The translations under genes were made by a program, and so were the position numbers. From Roseburia sp. (GTDB lineage Bacteria > Bacillota > Clostridia > Lachnospirales > Lachnospiraceae), in contig JBJELY010000161.1 in assembly GCA_051879395.1 (NCBI GenBank), positions 7,882 through 71,881 of the forward strand: a stretch of DNA of 64,000 bases. Direction: 5' to 3'. How positions within the stretch are numbered: position 1 is the first letter of the stretch; each line of letters opens with the position of its first letter. A model generated the notes under the pieces. That model saw only the letters and a list, made by a program, of their open reading frames with translations. It searched no databases and was not told the DNA's origin. Shown here piece after piece: positions 29,072-39,840 of this stretch.

Positions 29072-30220
29072 ATGTTTTTTCATTCTTTTCGCTATGCAAT
29101 ATTAGAATTAGTACGGGAAAAATCGCAGACGTTCTGGTGTATCTTTTTCCCAATCATTCTAGGAACCATGTTTTATCTTGCTTTTGGCAATTTGGATTCC
29201 TCAGAAGCTTTTGAAGTCATTCCGGTCGCTGCTGTCTTAGATGATAGTAATAGAGCCGAGGACTTTCGTAGCGTTTTAGATACACTAAGCGAACCTGGCG
29301 AAGACCAGTTTTTAGAAGTGACTTATACAGATGAAGAAGACGCCCTTTCTCTTTTGGAGAAAAAGGAAATTACCGGCATCCTTTATGGCGGAGAAACCCT
29401 TTCCCTAACCATTTCCTCCGATATGTCATCTGCAACCTTGAGTCAAAGCATCCTGACTTCTTTTGTGCAGACATTTCAGTTAAACTATGATGCACTGATG
29501 AACATCGCGTCTTCCCATCCGGAAAAGTTAGAAGATGCTCACAACCTTCTCACAAAAGACATTGCTTATAATAAAGAAACCAATTATTCCGATGGAACAA
29601 TGGATTCATCCGTTCAGTATTTCTTTAACCTGATTGCGATGAACTGCCTTATGGCTGCAATGGGTGGATGCTACTTTGCCACACAAAATCAGGCAAATCT
29701 TTCATCCCTTGGCGCTCGGAAAAATATTTCTCCGGTCAATAAACTTGTTTCCATTGCCGGCGGGTTGCTTGCCAACACGGTTTATCAGTTTATCTGTGTC
29801 GGAATTACGCTCTTTTATCTTTCCTTTGTCTTAAAAGTCAACTTTGGAAATCAATTTGGATATTCCCTGCTCAGTATTTTTATGGGATGCCTGACCGGAA
29901 TTTCGTTTGGATTTTTAATGGGATGCCTTGGTCATCTGAGCAAACACGCAAAAGAAGCCATCCTAATGGGCGGTATGATGACCTGCTGCTTCTTTAGTGG
30001 GCTTATGTTTGGAAGTATGCGAAATGTCGTAGAACATGTCTTCCCGCTGTTTAACCGGATTAATCCGGCAGCTTTAATATCCGACTGTTTCTACTCTTTG
30101 ACCGTTTATAGCTCTTACGAGAGATTCTGGCAGAATATTCTTTCCCTGCTTGTAATGTCTGTGCTGTTAAGTCTGGGTGGATTTTTCATTGTAAGGAGGG
30201 ACAAATATGCAAGTCTTTAA
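29072..30220 (+). CDS. ABC-2 type permease
   Basis: Start refined to MFFHSF (GGAGG RBS); TM, extracellular domain, 5 TM. Confidence 0.88.
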   Translation: MFFHSFRYAILELVREKSQTFWCIFFPIILGTMFYLAFGNLDSSEAFEVIPVAAVLDDSNRAEDFRSVLDTLSEPGEDQFLEVTYTDEEDALSLLEKKEITGILYGGETLSLTISSDMSSATLSQSILTSFVQTFQLNYDALMNIASSHPEKLEDAHNLLTKDIAYNKETNYSDGTMDSSVQYFFNLIAMNCLMAAMGGCYFATQNQANLSSLGARKNISPVNKLVSIAGGLLANTVYQFICVGITLFYLSFVLKVNFGNQFGYSLLSIFMGCLTGISFGFLMGCLGHLSKHAKEAILMGGMMTCCFFSGLMFGSMRNVVEHVFPLFNRINPAALISDCFYSLTVYSSYERFWQNILSLLVMSVLLSLGGFFIVRRDKYASL

Positions 30221-31370
30221 TGCTTTTATCAAAATAGCAAGAAAACGTCTTGGTACAATTATTACTTACTTTTCCGTTTTTGCGGTACTCTGTTTTATCA
30301 TGACAAGTCAGCGTGACACACAATTTAATTCTAACTTCCAGTCGACCTCATTAGATATTTGTATTATTGACCGCGATGGAAGTACTGCAAGTGTGGCACT
30401 GACCGATTATCTTTCTTCCATTCACAACCGGATTGACTTACCGGACGACGAAGAAGTTTTGCAGGATAATCTTTATTACCGCTATGTGGATTATATTTTA
30501 ACGATTCCAGAAGGCTTTGAGAAAAAATTGAAAAACGGTACTGATTCGGAGCTTCTTACCAATGTAAAAATTCCTGGAAGTGGAAATGGAGCTTTCATTG
30601 ACCAACAGATTGACTCCTATCTCCAAACCATTCAGATGTATCTGGCAGGCGGCTACACATTGGAAAATGCGATTGCATCTACCGATTCTTTCTTAGCAGA
30701 GAGTCCAGATGTCACTTCTGTTTCTTTCACAAAAGAAAACAGCAACGACTCTGATGCCTTTTACTTTTTCCGCTACCTGCCATATGTTCTGGTCGCTATA
30801 TTGATATCCGGTCTCTCTCCGTTATTAGTGACAATGAATGAAAAAGACCTACGTGCCCGTACTACCTGCTCTTCTCTTTCCTTAAGTAATCACAACCTGC
30901 AGGTCTCACTCGGTGCAACAGTCTACAGTCTTTCCATCTGGCTGGCATTCATGCTATTAGGCATCATTTTTTACAGGACAGAAATGTTTACCACTAATGC
31001 ACTTTATGCAATGCTTAACAGTTTTATTTTCCTGTTATTTACTGCTTCCGTCACCTTGCTGATTAGTCTCTTTTCACCAAGCCAAAATGTTGCAAACATG
31101 CTTTCCAATGTCATTGGACTTTCCATGAGTTTCCTATGTGGTGTCTTTGTTCCACAGTCCATGCTTTCGGAAAATATTGTGAAAGCTTCCCGCTTTCTTC
31201 CGGCTTACTGGTATACGCGTGCAAATGATATGTTGGGCGGTTTAAGCGATACGGCACTGAGCATTGAAGATTACTGGCAGAGCATTCTGGTACAGCTTCT
31301 CTTTACTGTAGCTATTTTTGTTGCCATTCTTGTAACCTCGAAGCTGAAACAGCAACGAACCAAAAACTAA
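30207..31370 (+). CDS. ABC-2 type permease
   Basis: Same topology; FLCGVFVP, LPAYWY. Confidence 0.88.
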   Translation: MQVFNAFIKIARKRLGTIITYFSVFAVLCFIMTSQRDTQFNSNFQSTSLDICIIDRDGSTASVALTDYLSSIHNRIDLPDDEEVLQDNLYYRYVDYILTIPEGFEKKLKNGTDSELLTNVKIPGSGNGAFIDQQIDSYLQTIQMYLAGGYTLENAIASTDSFLAESPDVTSVSFTKENSNDSDAFYFFRYLPYVLVAILISGLSPLLVTMNEKDLRARTTCSSLSLSNHNLQVSLGATVYSLSIWLAFMLLGIIFYRTEMFTTNALYAMLNSFIFLLFTASVTLLISLFSPSQNVANMLSNVIGLSMSFLCGVFVPQSMLSENIVKASRFLPAYWYTRANDMLGGLSDTALSIEDYWQSILVQLLFTVAIFVAILVTSKLKQQRTKN

Positions 31371-31447
31371 GCAGTTACTTTTACACGCATTTCGGGAAAG
31401 TGTTTCCTATATCTATTAAAATAGAACAATACCTATTTTATAGGATA

Positions 31448-31492
31448 ACAAGCCATAACCTCATGAGCTACGCTCTCAAGGTTATGGCTTGT
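31448..31492. terminator. hairpin between convergent operons
   Basis: ACAAGCCATAACCT / AGGTTATGGCTTGT. Confidence 0.65.
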
Positions 31493-31529
31493 AACTTCAG
31501 CTAAAATATTCCTTTACTCACATCAAATT

Positions 31530-33521
31530 CTACATCACATCCATCCGAATCTCTTCAATAATATTATCATTTTTCATTTTATTTATTTCTATATATGTAA
31601 TTAACAATACAATTCCAACTAATGCGATTATTCCAAAGACCAATGTTCCCCACGGAATTGTATAACGAACAGGAAACATTTTTCGTATTGATAAATTCAC
31701 AAAATACGGTATTGCAATTCCAAAGACAATTCCGCTAAGCGCTGCCTTACCAATACAAATGATACTTTCACTATATATCATTTTTTGTAGTGCTTTTTTT
31801 GTCATGCCTATACTTTTTAGAACAGCAAATTCTCTACTTCGAATTCTTATGTTTGTAGCAATTGTACTGATTACACTTGCAAATCCCATCATAATAAGTA
31901 ATATGACAAATCCATACATAACGATTTGAGCTAAAACAATTGAAATATTTAACATCTTAACCATCGTATCTACACGACTAATTCGTACCGTATACCCCTG
32001 CTCTACATAGGAATCTTCCGTCAAAATAGGGTAATATTCATCCATTACAGCTCTTGCAAATAACGCATACCCTTCCTCATCTTTAGGTGAACAATACCAA
32101 TCAAAATATCTGACATCAATATTAGGAACAATAACTCTCACCGGAGCAGGTGCCATTTCGTTAAAACCTTTTTCCTTAAGATCCTTTTCGTACAGGAAAC
32201 CACCAATTGCAAGCTGTGACGTTTCTCCCTCAGCATTTATCAACGTAATCTCCGTTGCATCCTCACTAATTGGAATGATTTTCTTTATTTCTCCGTTGTC
32301 ATTATAGCAATAATCATTGATTAAAAGATTGCTTCCATATGCTACCCCTGCTCTTTCACAAAGCTTTTTATACAATTCATCATCAACACTCAAAAGTGAT
32401 ATTTCTGTCTCACCATTATCATTATAAATATCCGGTACCTGTTTCATACTTGCGGTAAGCATATCTTGAGCAAGTATCGCATCATATGTACAAGAATCAT
32501 TCCCTATTCCATATACCGTAATATCCCCAAATTCAGATAAACGTTTCGTAATTTCATTATAGGTTTTTGCTGAAATCGGTACTTCTATTTTTTCTTCTTC
32601 TCTACCGGTCACTTCATTAATCTTAGAATCAGTAATCGAACAATAATCCACCATCATTTCTTTTGATTCCGGAGTCATCCACTCTTGAATTCCTTTTGCC
32701 TGATCCGTCAAACTACCGGCCAATAAAAGCAGCAAAATACCTAATGAAAGAGCTCTAATTGTTGGTTTATAGCTTGTTTTATTTCTTTTGACATTTTTAT
32801 TTCCAAGAACACCTTCGAAACCAAGGAAAATACTTACTAATCCATCTCTTACTTTTACATTTTTTAAATTCCCGTTTGTTCCCGCTCCCTTTATGCACTC
32901 AATTGCAGTAATTTTCCCTGCTCTTTTCGCCGGCTTACTGGCAGACCAGAAAACAATTCCTAAAGAAAAAACAGCTGCAAATATAAATGTCCAAATTGAT
33001 ACATAAAACGACAATGAAAAGGAAAATGGTCTCATGATGATACTTTTTGCTAATTCATTTATATCATCAACATAATAACCTGTAACTTTTACACCTAGAT
33101 ATCCTAGAAGGATTCCAATTACAAGACCTAATGGTATTCCAATCATACTAAGCCACAAGCTTTCATAAATCACAGTTTCTCTAATCTGCTTTTTTGTCCC
33201 ACCAACACATTTTAATACGCCAAACTCACCAATCCTCTTATTCGCACTGGCAGCAAAAATATTTGATATCACCGTCACCGACATAAATGCTATCAGCAAT
33301 CCTAAAACAAGTGCAGGAACTAATATGATAGACGTATATGCACCCCCATAGTCTCCATATCCCGGACCTAGAAAATCAACAAGCATCCGATTTCCACTGG
33401 TAACAAAACACATAACTGCTGTTACAAGGGATGTAGAAAGTGCAATGGCACAAATCGTTCCTATTGTTCTTTTTCGATTCAATTTCAACTGACTTAATGC
33501 TAATTGTGCTGTTACTTTCAT
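31530..33521 (-). CDS. FtsX/MacB-like ABC permease
   Basis: Two FtsX repeats (RIGEFGVLKCVGGT, RSREFAVLKSIGMT). Confidence 0.9.
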   Translation of the reverse strand: MKVTAQLALSQLKLNRKRTIGTICAIALSTSLVTAVMCFVTSGNRMLVDFLGPGYGDYGGAYTSIILVPALVLGLLIAFMSVTVISNIFAASANKRIGEFGVLKCVGGTKKQIRETVIYESLWLSMIGIPLGLVIGILLGYLGVKVTGYYVDDINELAKSIIMRPFSFSLSFYVSIWTFIFAAVFSLGIVFWSASKPAKRAGKITAIECIKGAGTNGNLKNVKVRDGLVSIFLGFEGVLGNKNVKRNKTSYKPTIRALSLGILLLLLAGSLTDQAKGIQEWMTPESKEMMVDYCSITDSKINEVTGREEEKIEVPISAKTYNEITKRLSEFGDITVYGIGNDSCTYDAILAQDMLTASMKQVPDIYNDNGETEISLLSVDDELYKKLCERAGVAYGSNLLINDYCYNDNGEIKKIIPISEDATEITLINAEGETSQLAIGGFLYEKDLKEKGFNEMAPAPVRVIVPNIDVRYFDWYCSPKDEEGYALFARAVMDEYYPILTEDSYVEQGYTVRISRVDTMVKMLNISIVLAQIVMYGFVILLIMMGFASVISTIATNIRIRSREFAVLKSIGMTKKALQKMIYSESIICIGKAALSGIVFGIAIPYFVNLSIRKMFPVRYTIPWGTLVFGIIALVGIVLLITYIEINKMKNDNIIEEIRMDVM

Positions 33522-34201
33522 GACTTCATCACCTCATCCTTTATAATCTTTCCATCACCAATCGTGATAACACGATCAGCCTGAAGTGCGATTTTGTCAT
33601 CATGAGTAACTAACAGAATCGTCTGATTATATTTTTGATTTGTAAGCTTTAGTATATCAATAATCTCTCTACTTGTTTTGCTATCTAGATTTCCTGTTGG
33701 CTCATCTGCAAGAACAAAAGCCGGCTCATTAATTAACGCTCTTCCTATTGATACTCGTTGCTGTTGTCCACCTGACATTTGTCCCGGAAGATGTCCTGCT
33801 CTTTTCTCAAGTCCTAACATTTTTAAAATTTCATCTACTCGCTCCTTATTTTCTTTGCGCCCATCAAGCTTCCATGGTAAAACAATATTTTCCTCCGCCG
33901 TAAGCGTAGCAATAAGATTATAGAACTGATAAATCATTCCCAAATTTCTTCTCCGAAAAATTGCAAGCTCATCTTCATCCATATGAGAGATATCTTTTCC
34001 GTCAATAATTACAGATCCACTTGTTGGATTATCAATACCGCCTATCATGTTCATAAGTGTAGATTTTCCCGAACCTGACGCTCCTATTATTGCAACAAAT
34101 TCTCCCTTATTAACAGAAAAAGAAACATGATCAAGTGCTACTACCTCGGATTCTCCCTGACCATATTTCTTTGTTAATTCATTTACTTCTAAAACAGCCA
34201 T
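33518..34201 (-). CDS. LolD/MacB-type ABC ATP-binding protein
   Basis: GASGSGKST, MSGGQQQRV, ADEPTGNLD, VTHD. Confidence 0.95.
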   Translation of the reverse strand: MAVLEVNELTKKYGQGESEVVALDHVSFSVNKGEFVAIIGASGSGKSTLMNMIGGIDNPTSGSVIIDGKDISHMDEDELAIFRRRNLGMIYQFYNLIATLTAEENIVLPWKLDGRKENKERVDEILKMLGLEKRAGHLPGQMSGGQQQRVSIGRALINEPAFVLADEPTGNLDSKTSREIIDILKLTNQKYNQTILLVTHDDKIALQADRVITIGDGKIIKDEVMKS

Positions 34202-34289
34202 TTTGCTTCCTCCTTATCTCTTTTGTAATATAGTAACAAGTGAAAATGACTGTTTCGTGACAATTATAAAGATTATAATGACAAATTAG

Positions 34290-35123
34290 TCACTTAAAAA
34301 ACTTTATGATAAATGTTGTCCCTTGACTTTTACCGCTAAAGTCTATATCTATGTCACCACCTTGTCCTTTTATAATAGACAATGCTAGCGGCATTCCTAT
34401 CCCAAATCCATTCTCATTGGTGGAATTCTCAAATCTTTTAAATAAAGCTGCATAACTACTGTGATCCATTCCCTCACCACTGTCACTTACAGAAATCCAT
34501 TGATACATTGGATTCTCACCACTATCAATTACAATTTCACTGTCATTTGGTGAGTGTTCGATAGCATTTTTTATAATATTTGTGAGAGCTTCTACCGTCC
34601 ATTTTTTATCACAATAAATTTCAAAATCATTTACAAGATGCAACGACTGATTATTGATATCTAATAAAATATTAACCGCAGGCATAACCATTTCTATGAG
34701 TTCAGATGCTATTACATTTTTTTTCGAAAATGTAATAGCATGTGCATCTATTTTTGCCATTTTAAGAAGTGCGCCCACAAGCCACTCCATTTTGGTTAAC
34801 GAAAATCTGATATTATGGATAAACTCTGATCGTTTCTCGGGCTCTGCATCTTCAAGCAAATCTGTCATAATCATCATAGAAGTAATCGGCGTCTTTAGCT
34901 GATGAGAAATATCTGCCATATAATCTGAAAGAACATCTCGCTCGGCCTTTGTATTTTTTATCTGCTCGTTCTTTGTATTTACGAGGGAATAAATATCATT
35001 TTTCAGTACACTGAACGCTCCCTCTTTATTGTCACGAATATCTATCTCATCTCCAGTAACAAATCCTTTGACATATTCTGATAATTTTTCTATCTCTCTT
35101 TTTCTAATCCACACGATATCCAA
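34290..35123 (-). CDS. histidine kinase without a TM sensor
   Basis: DISHQLKTP, NIIKNAIEH, GFGIGM; no hydrophobic N-terminus. Confidence 0.85.
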   Translation of the reverse strand: MDIVWIRKREIEKLSEYVKGFVTGDEIDIRDNKEGAFSVLKNDIYSLVNTKNEQIKNTKAERDVLSDYMADISHQLKTPITSMMIMTDLLEDAEPEKRSEFIHNIRFSLTKMEWLVGALLKMAKIDAHAITFSKKNVIASELIEMVMPAVNILLDINNQSLHLVNDFEIYCDKKWTVEALTNIIKNAIEHSPNDSEIVIDSGENPMYQWISVSDSGEGMDHSSYAALFKRFENSTNENGFGIGMPLALSIIKGQGGDIDIDFSGKSQGTTFIIKFFK

Positions 35124-35763
35124 TTCCCCTCACCGTCTCAATGTTTAGAGCATCACCTAGCTTTTCTCGCAAACGTTTTACATAGACAGTAAGTGTATTG
35201 TCTTCTACAAAATTACCATCTATATCCCAGATTTTCTCTAGGATTTGAGTACGTGTAAGCAGTACGCCTTTATTAGTAGCAAATATTAATAACAATCTGT
35301 ATTCTAATGACGTAAGTTCTATCAGTTCATCTTTTGCATATACTTTACCCGCATTTGTATCAATTTCTATTTGTCCAACAGTCAATCTATTTGATGCTTT
35401 TCCTTGATGTTTCACTAGAGTTCGTTTCACGCGCGCTAACAACTCTCTAATTCGAAATGGTTTAATCACATAATCATCCGCACCTTCCTCAAAAGCTTTC
35501 ACAATCTTTGCTTCATCGTCTACTACAGTTAGAAATATCGTGGCTACTTCTTTCATTTTAAGTCTGTCACTCACATCAAATCCTGTTCCATCAGGGAGTT
35601 GCATATCTAAAATAGCAAGGTCCAATTTCTTATTCTCAATTATTTCAATTGCATCTTTTACATTAACAACATGAAATACTTCATAATTTTCCATTTCCAA
35701 TGCATATTTCAATCCCGATGCAATCATACTGTCATCTTCTACAAGTAAAATATTGACCATCAT
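35104..35763 (-). CDS. OmpR family response regulator
   Basis: VEDD, LDMQLP, KPF, VYVKRLREK, VRGIGY. Confidence 0.93.
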   Translation of the reverse strand: MMVNILLVEDDSMIASGLKYALEMENYEVFHVVNVKDAIEIIENKKLDLAILDMQLPDGTGFDVSDRLKMKEVATIFLTVVDDEAKIVKAFEEGADDYVIKPFRIRELLARVKRTLVKHQGKASNRLTVGQIEIDTNAGKVYAKDELIELTSLEYRLLLIFATNKGVLLTRTQILEKIWDIDGNFVEDNTLTVYVKRLREKLGDALNIETVRGIGYRVD

Positions 35764-35956
35764 ACAACTCCTCATAACTTTCCTTCTATTTTTTTACGTC
35801 CTCTCTTTTTTCCTACCAAAGTAACATAACAAATGTAAACACATGGGCATCTGGCTTTCTGCATGATATTATACCAATTATCCTTTCACGTGTATACAAA
35901 GTTTTTCCACCACCTTCGGGTCTATACGAAAAGAAGGAGTATGCTGTTCCGATTGT

Positions 35957-37771
35957 TTACGCATAATACTGTGCCTGGGTTTCATACAGTTCTGCATAAA
36001 TTCCATTTTTCTCTAGCAGCTGTTCATGCGTTCCATATTCCACAATCTTTCCGTGGTCTAATACTACAATGTCATCACAGAATTTACAACTACTCATGCG
36101 ATGAGAAATATAAATAGCCGTCTTATTCGCAATCATATCATTAAAGTTCTCATAAATTTCAGCTTCTGCAATCGGATCTAACGCTGCCGTCGGTTCATCC
36201 AAAATAACAAATGGACCATCCTTATAGAGTGCTCTTGCAATTGCAAGACGCTGTGCTTCTCCACCGGATACGTCAATTCCTTCTCCGTTGTTATGATAAA
36301 GCTGGCTATGGATTCCATCTTTCATCTGCTTTACACGCTCCGCTAAGGTTACCTGCTCTAGCACCTTCCAAACCTGCTCTTCATCCACATCACTTCCTGA
36401 TGCAATGTTTTCCGCTAACGTCATAGAAAACAATTCAAAATCCTGAAAAACAACAGAAAATGCTTTCGTATATTCTTTGTAGTTATATTTTCTGATGTCA
36501 ATTCCGTTCAGTGTAATATATCCCTCGGTCGGCTCATATAAACGGCAGAGTAATTTTATAATGGTTGTTTTTCCTGCCCCGTTTCTTCCGACAATTGCCA
36601 TCTTCTTTCCGATTTCAAACTTTAAATTCACATGACTCAAAACCTCTATCTCGGTATCCGGATAACGGAAGCTGACATCATGAAATTCAAATTCATACTG
36701 GGCATCATCCCGTTTTTCGATTGGAAGCATTCCGTCATATGCCATAGACGGCATTTCCAAAAATTCCTCAAAAGTGCTCAAATAATCTGCTCTTCTTAAA
36801 AATTCCCAGGATCGTTTCGTCAGTTCTGAAATATGATTTGCAGCCTGATTAATGGCTCCTGTGTAAAGCAGTACATCCCCGACTGCAATCACGCCATAAA
36901 TGGCTTTGATTCCAATGAAAAGATAGGAAACTCCCGCCGCAATCTGTGCCAAAAAAGTTCGCTTTCCATTTTCTTTTCCTGCTGCAGTAGATGCCTCTAA
37001 ATAAACACCTACCATTTTTCGCATATCTACTTCTATCTTTTCCTTAATCAAATCATGCATTTGGAAAATTCGAATATCTCTTCCGTTCTTAATGTCTCCA
37101 ATCCATCCAAGGAAATAATTAAGAACAGAATTATTGTGATCATTCTTTTGCATCATTTCTGCATAAACAGCACTTTCTTTTTTTCCAAATTTACTCTGTA
37201 CCACTAACAGCAACAGATAAATTGCCAGCAATAGGAGCGTTGCCCAATAGGATGTCATAAAATGACTTCCATCCTCTTCTACCTGAAGAAAAAGTTTTCC
37301 GATATAAAACAAAGACCAAATCATTCCAACTACATTTTGCATCATAAGATAAAGTAACTGCGTCTGATCATAAATTCCTCCACCGCCCATCGAAGACACT
37401 TTTGCACGCCGGATGGCATCCATTGTTTCCTGTTTTTCAAATTTTTCATATTCTAATTCAAATGCCTTTATGGCAACCCGCTCTTTTACACTGTCATCGC
37501 TAAATTTGTATACAACATCCATATGCTCCTTACAGGCGCGTTCCACAAATCCAACCACAAATTGCAATGCAAGCAGCCAAATTACATTTTGAATACAACC
37601 ATCATAATTATGAAAAATTACTTGATTTAAAATCCGGGCAGAAAAATACAGACTAATAAAAGGAAGGGTTCCGCCGGCAATTCCCCCTATCATCATAACC
37701 GGAAGAATGCTGTGATCACTTTTCGTAACCATCTTAAGAAAAGACTTTATTTCATGCAACAACTTCTTCAT
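35957..37771 (-). CDS. fused ABC exporter (permease + ATPase), subunit 2
   Basis: TMD plus GRNGAGKT, VSGGEAQR, LDEPTAALD; start refined to MKKLLHE. Confidence 0.92.
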   Translation of the reverse strand: MKKLLHEIKSFLKMVTKSDHSILPVMMIGGIAGGTLPFISLYFSARILNQVIFHNYDGCIQNVIWLLALQFVVGFVERACKEHMDVVYKFSDDSVKERVAIKAFELEYEKFEKQETMDAIRRAKVSSMGGGGIYDQTQLLYLMMQNVVGMIWSLFYIGKLFLQVEEDGSHFMTSYWATLLLLAIYLLLLVVQSKFGKKESAVYAEMMQKNDHNNSVLNYFLGWIGDIKNGRDIRIFQMHDLIKEKIEVDMRKMVGVYLEASTAAGKENGKRTFLAQIAAGVSYLFIGIKAIYGVIAVGDVLLYTGAINQAANHISELTKRSWEFLRRADYLSTFEEFLEMPSMAYDGMLPIEKRDDAQYEFEFHDVSFRYPDTEIEVLSHVNLKFEIGKKMAIVGRNGAGKTTIIKLLCRLYEPTEGYITLNGIDIRKYNYKEYTKAFSVVFQDFELFSMTLAENIASGSDVDEEQVWKVLEQVTLAERVKQMKDGIHSQLYHNNGEGIDVSGGEAQRLAIARALYKDGPFVILDEPTAALDPIAEAEIYENFNDMIANKTAIYISHRMSSCKFCDDIVVLDHGKIVEYGTHEQLLEKNGIYAELYETQAQYYA

Positions 37772-39596
37772 CTTCTTTTCCCTCCTTATAATACTGGCTC
37801 TGCACCTCAAACATATTGGCATAGGCTCCACCGAGTGCCATTAATTCTTCATGTGTTCCACGTTCTGTAATTTTTCCGTTTTCTAAGAAAAGAATCTGAT
37901 CGCAAAATCTGGTCGAAGCAAGACGGTGCGAGATAAATAACGATGTCTTTCCCTGCATCAGCCTCTGATAATTCTCATACATTTCATTTTCTGCAATAGC
38001 ATCAAGCGCTGCCGTCGGCTCATCTAATAAAAGAATTTTACAGTCCTTATACAGTGCTCTCGCCAATAAAAGCTTTTGCATTTCTCCACCGGATAAAAGA
38101 ATACCGTCTTCTTCAATATCTTTATTCAGACAGGTATTTTCTTTCTTTGGAAGTGATTCTATCTTATCGTAAAGTCCGGCTTTCTTCAAAACTTCCTTAC
38201 ATTTTTCTACATCCCATTGTTCCTTTGGAGTGCAGGCAATATTTTCAATAATGGAATAGGATGTTACCACTGTCTCTTGGAAAACTACAGCAAGATACTT
38301 GAAATACTGATCCATATCAAGTTCCGAAAGGTTCTTCCCATTAACAAAAATGGCTCCACTCGTCGGTTTATAAAATCCACAAATCAGATTCACGATTGTA
38401 GTTTTTCCAGCTCCATTGATTCCGACTAATGCAAATTTTTCTCCTGCTTTCATCGTAAAATTAATATCTTCCAATGTATTCTTATCTGCTCCCAGATAAG
38501 CAAAACTTACATGGGAAAATGTGATTTCCAATCCTTCCCCTGTTTCCTCTAGCTTTTCGCCTGTTCCATGATGATCTAAATCCTGGTATTCCATAAATTT
38601 TCTTGTTGTACGGAACATTTCATGAAACCGAATGTTCTGTGCAACCAAGTCTGTCAACTTAGAAAAATAAGCGGAAAAACTTCCCACAATGCTGATATAA
38701 AGAACAAAAGATGCTGCGCTCATCCCATTTTTTAACAGATAAATCAGATATCCATAGCAGGCAATATCCCGTAAAAGCTGTAACACAAGCCCTAATAAAT
38801 CATTCGCAAAATAACGCCGTCCTGTCCGTTCCAAAATTTTCTTATACTTCTGATTTGCCGTATGATATTTTTCCTGTAACCAATCCTGCAACTGATAGAG
38901 CCGGACGTCTTTTGCACATCTTGTCTCATAAGCTTTTTTGTCCAGATATTTCTTAGTAATCTCTAGCTTTGCTTTTTCTTCTCGGCATTTCTTTTCATAT
39001 TGACTGGCTAGTCTGGTTCCTCCCAATTGTATCAACGATACCACCAAAAGTAGCATGACGACCCATGGGCTCACTCCTGAAATCAGACCTGCATATAGCA
39101 AAAGACTAATGAGGGCTACTGCAATTGGAACATGATTATGCAAAATTGCTTCCAGTCCCCAGTTGTTTCCCCAAAAAGCTTCATAACCATTTTCCGATAA
39201 TTCCTGCATTTCTTTTCGCGTCAGTTCTCCATAATTAATGGAAGTACTTTTCAAACTATACTCTTTTTCTGCTTCTGTTGTCCGAAATGTAACGTATTGC
39301 AGACTATTTCTTGACTGTAAAAAGTTACTGCACGCTGTCACCAATCCAAGAACTACAAATATCATCGAAATATTGCGTACTAAGACTGCGATTTCTGCCC
39401 CGTTTTCCAACATTCCCACAATCAATGATGGGGCCAAGATTGCCCCAAAAGAAGCTGCCACCATAAAGACAATTTCCGCAATCGCGTAAAAAATCACTGA
39501 TTTGTCAAATCTCCATAGCCACTTATAGATAAATGCATCATTTTGAAGCATGGTATATCTTTTTTCTTTCTGCTTTTTCATCATTCTATCCTTCAC
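37752..39596 (-). CDS. fused ABC exporter (permease + ATPase), subunit 1
   Basis: TMD plus GINGAGKT, LSGGEMQK, LDEPTAALD; start approximate. Confidence 0.9.
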   Translation of the reverse strand: MKDRMMKKQKEKRYTMLQNDAFIYKWLWRFDKSVIFYAIAEIVFMVAASFGAILAPSLIVGMLENGAEIAVLVRNISMIFVVLGLVTACSNFLQSRNSLQYVTFRTTEAEKEYSLKSTSINYGELTRKEMQELSENGYEAFWGNNWGLEAILHNHVPIAVALISLLLYAGLISGVSPWVVMLLLVVSLIQLGGTRLASQYEKKCREEKAKLEITKKYLDKKAYETRCAKDVRLYQLQDWLQEKYHTANQKYKKILERTGRRYFANDLLGLVLQLLRDIACYGYLIYLLKNGMSAASFVLYISIVGSFSAYFSKLTDLVAQNIRFHEMFRTTRKFMEYQDLDHHGTGEKLEETGEGLEITFSHVSFAYLGADKNTLEDINFTMKAGEKFALVGINGAGKTTIVNLICGFYKPTSGAIFVNGKNLSELDMDQYFKYLAVVFQETVVTSYSIIENIACTPKEQWDVEKCKEVLKKAGLYDKIESLPKKENTCLNKDIEEDGILLSGGEMQKLLLARALYKDCKILLLDEPTAALDAIAENEMYENYQRLMQGKTSLFISHRLASTRFCDQILFLENGKITERGTHEELMALGGAYANMFEVQSQYYKEGKEDEEVVA

Positions 39597-39724
39597 ATTC
39601 TTTCCTCTTTTATCTGCCATGCCCGGAAGACGTCTTTCCATGCATGGCACAAAAAAGAAATTAGTTTCTGGCAATTACATTTTTTGCCCACATCTACCTT
39701 AACAGATTTTACAAAAAAAGAAAT

Positions 39725-39754
39725 AAAAAAAGCACGAGAGGTATAATCTCGTGC
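39725..39754 (-). terminator. intrinsic terminator
   Basis: GCACGAGA/TCTCGTGC stem followed by T7 on the minus strand. Confidence 0.7.
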
Positions 39755-39840
39755 CTAAGTGGTAACAAAAGTGCCGCTGACGCGGCACTTTCAAAAACGC
39801 TTCGTGCTTCCCTACGAAAGGATTTACACGCCAGCAATTC

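Noticed and set aside
39790-39840. c-di-GMP-I riboswitch
   Set aside because: Lacks the GGCAAA..GAAA..GACGCAAA core
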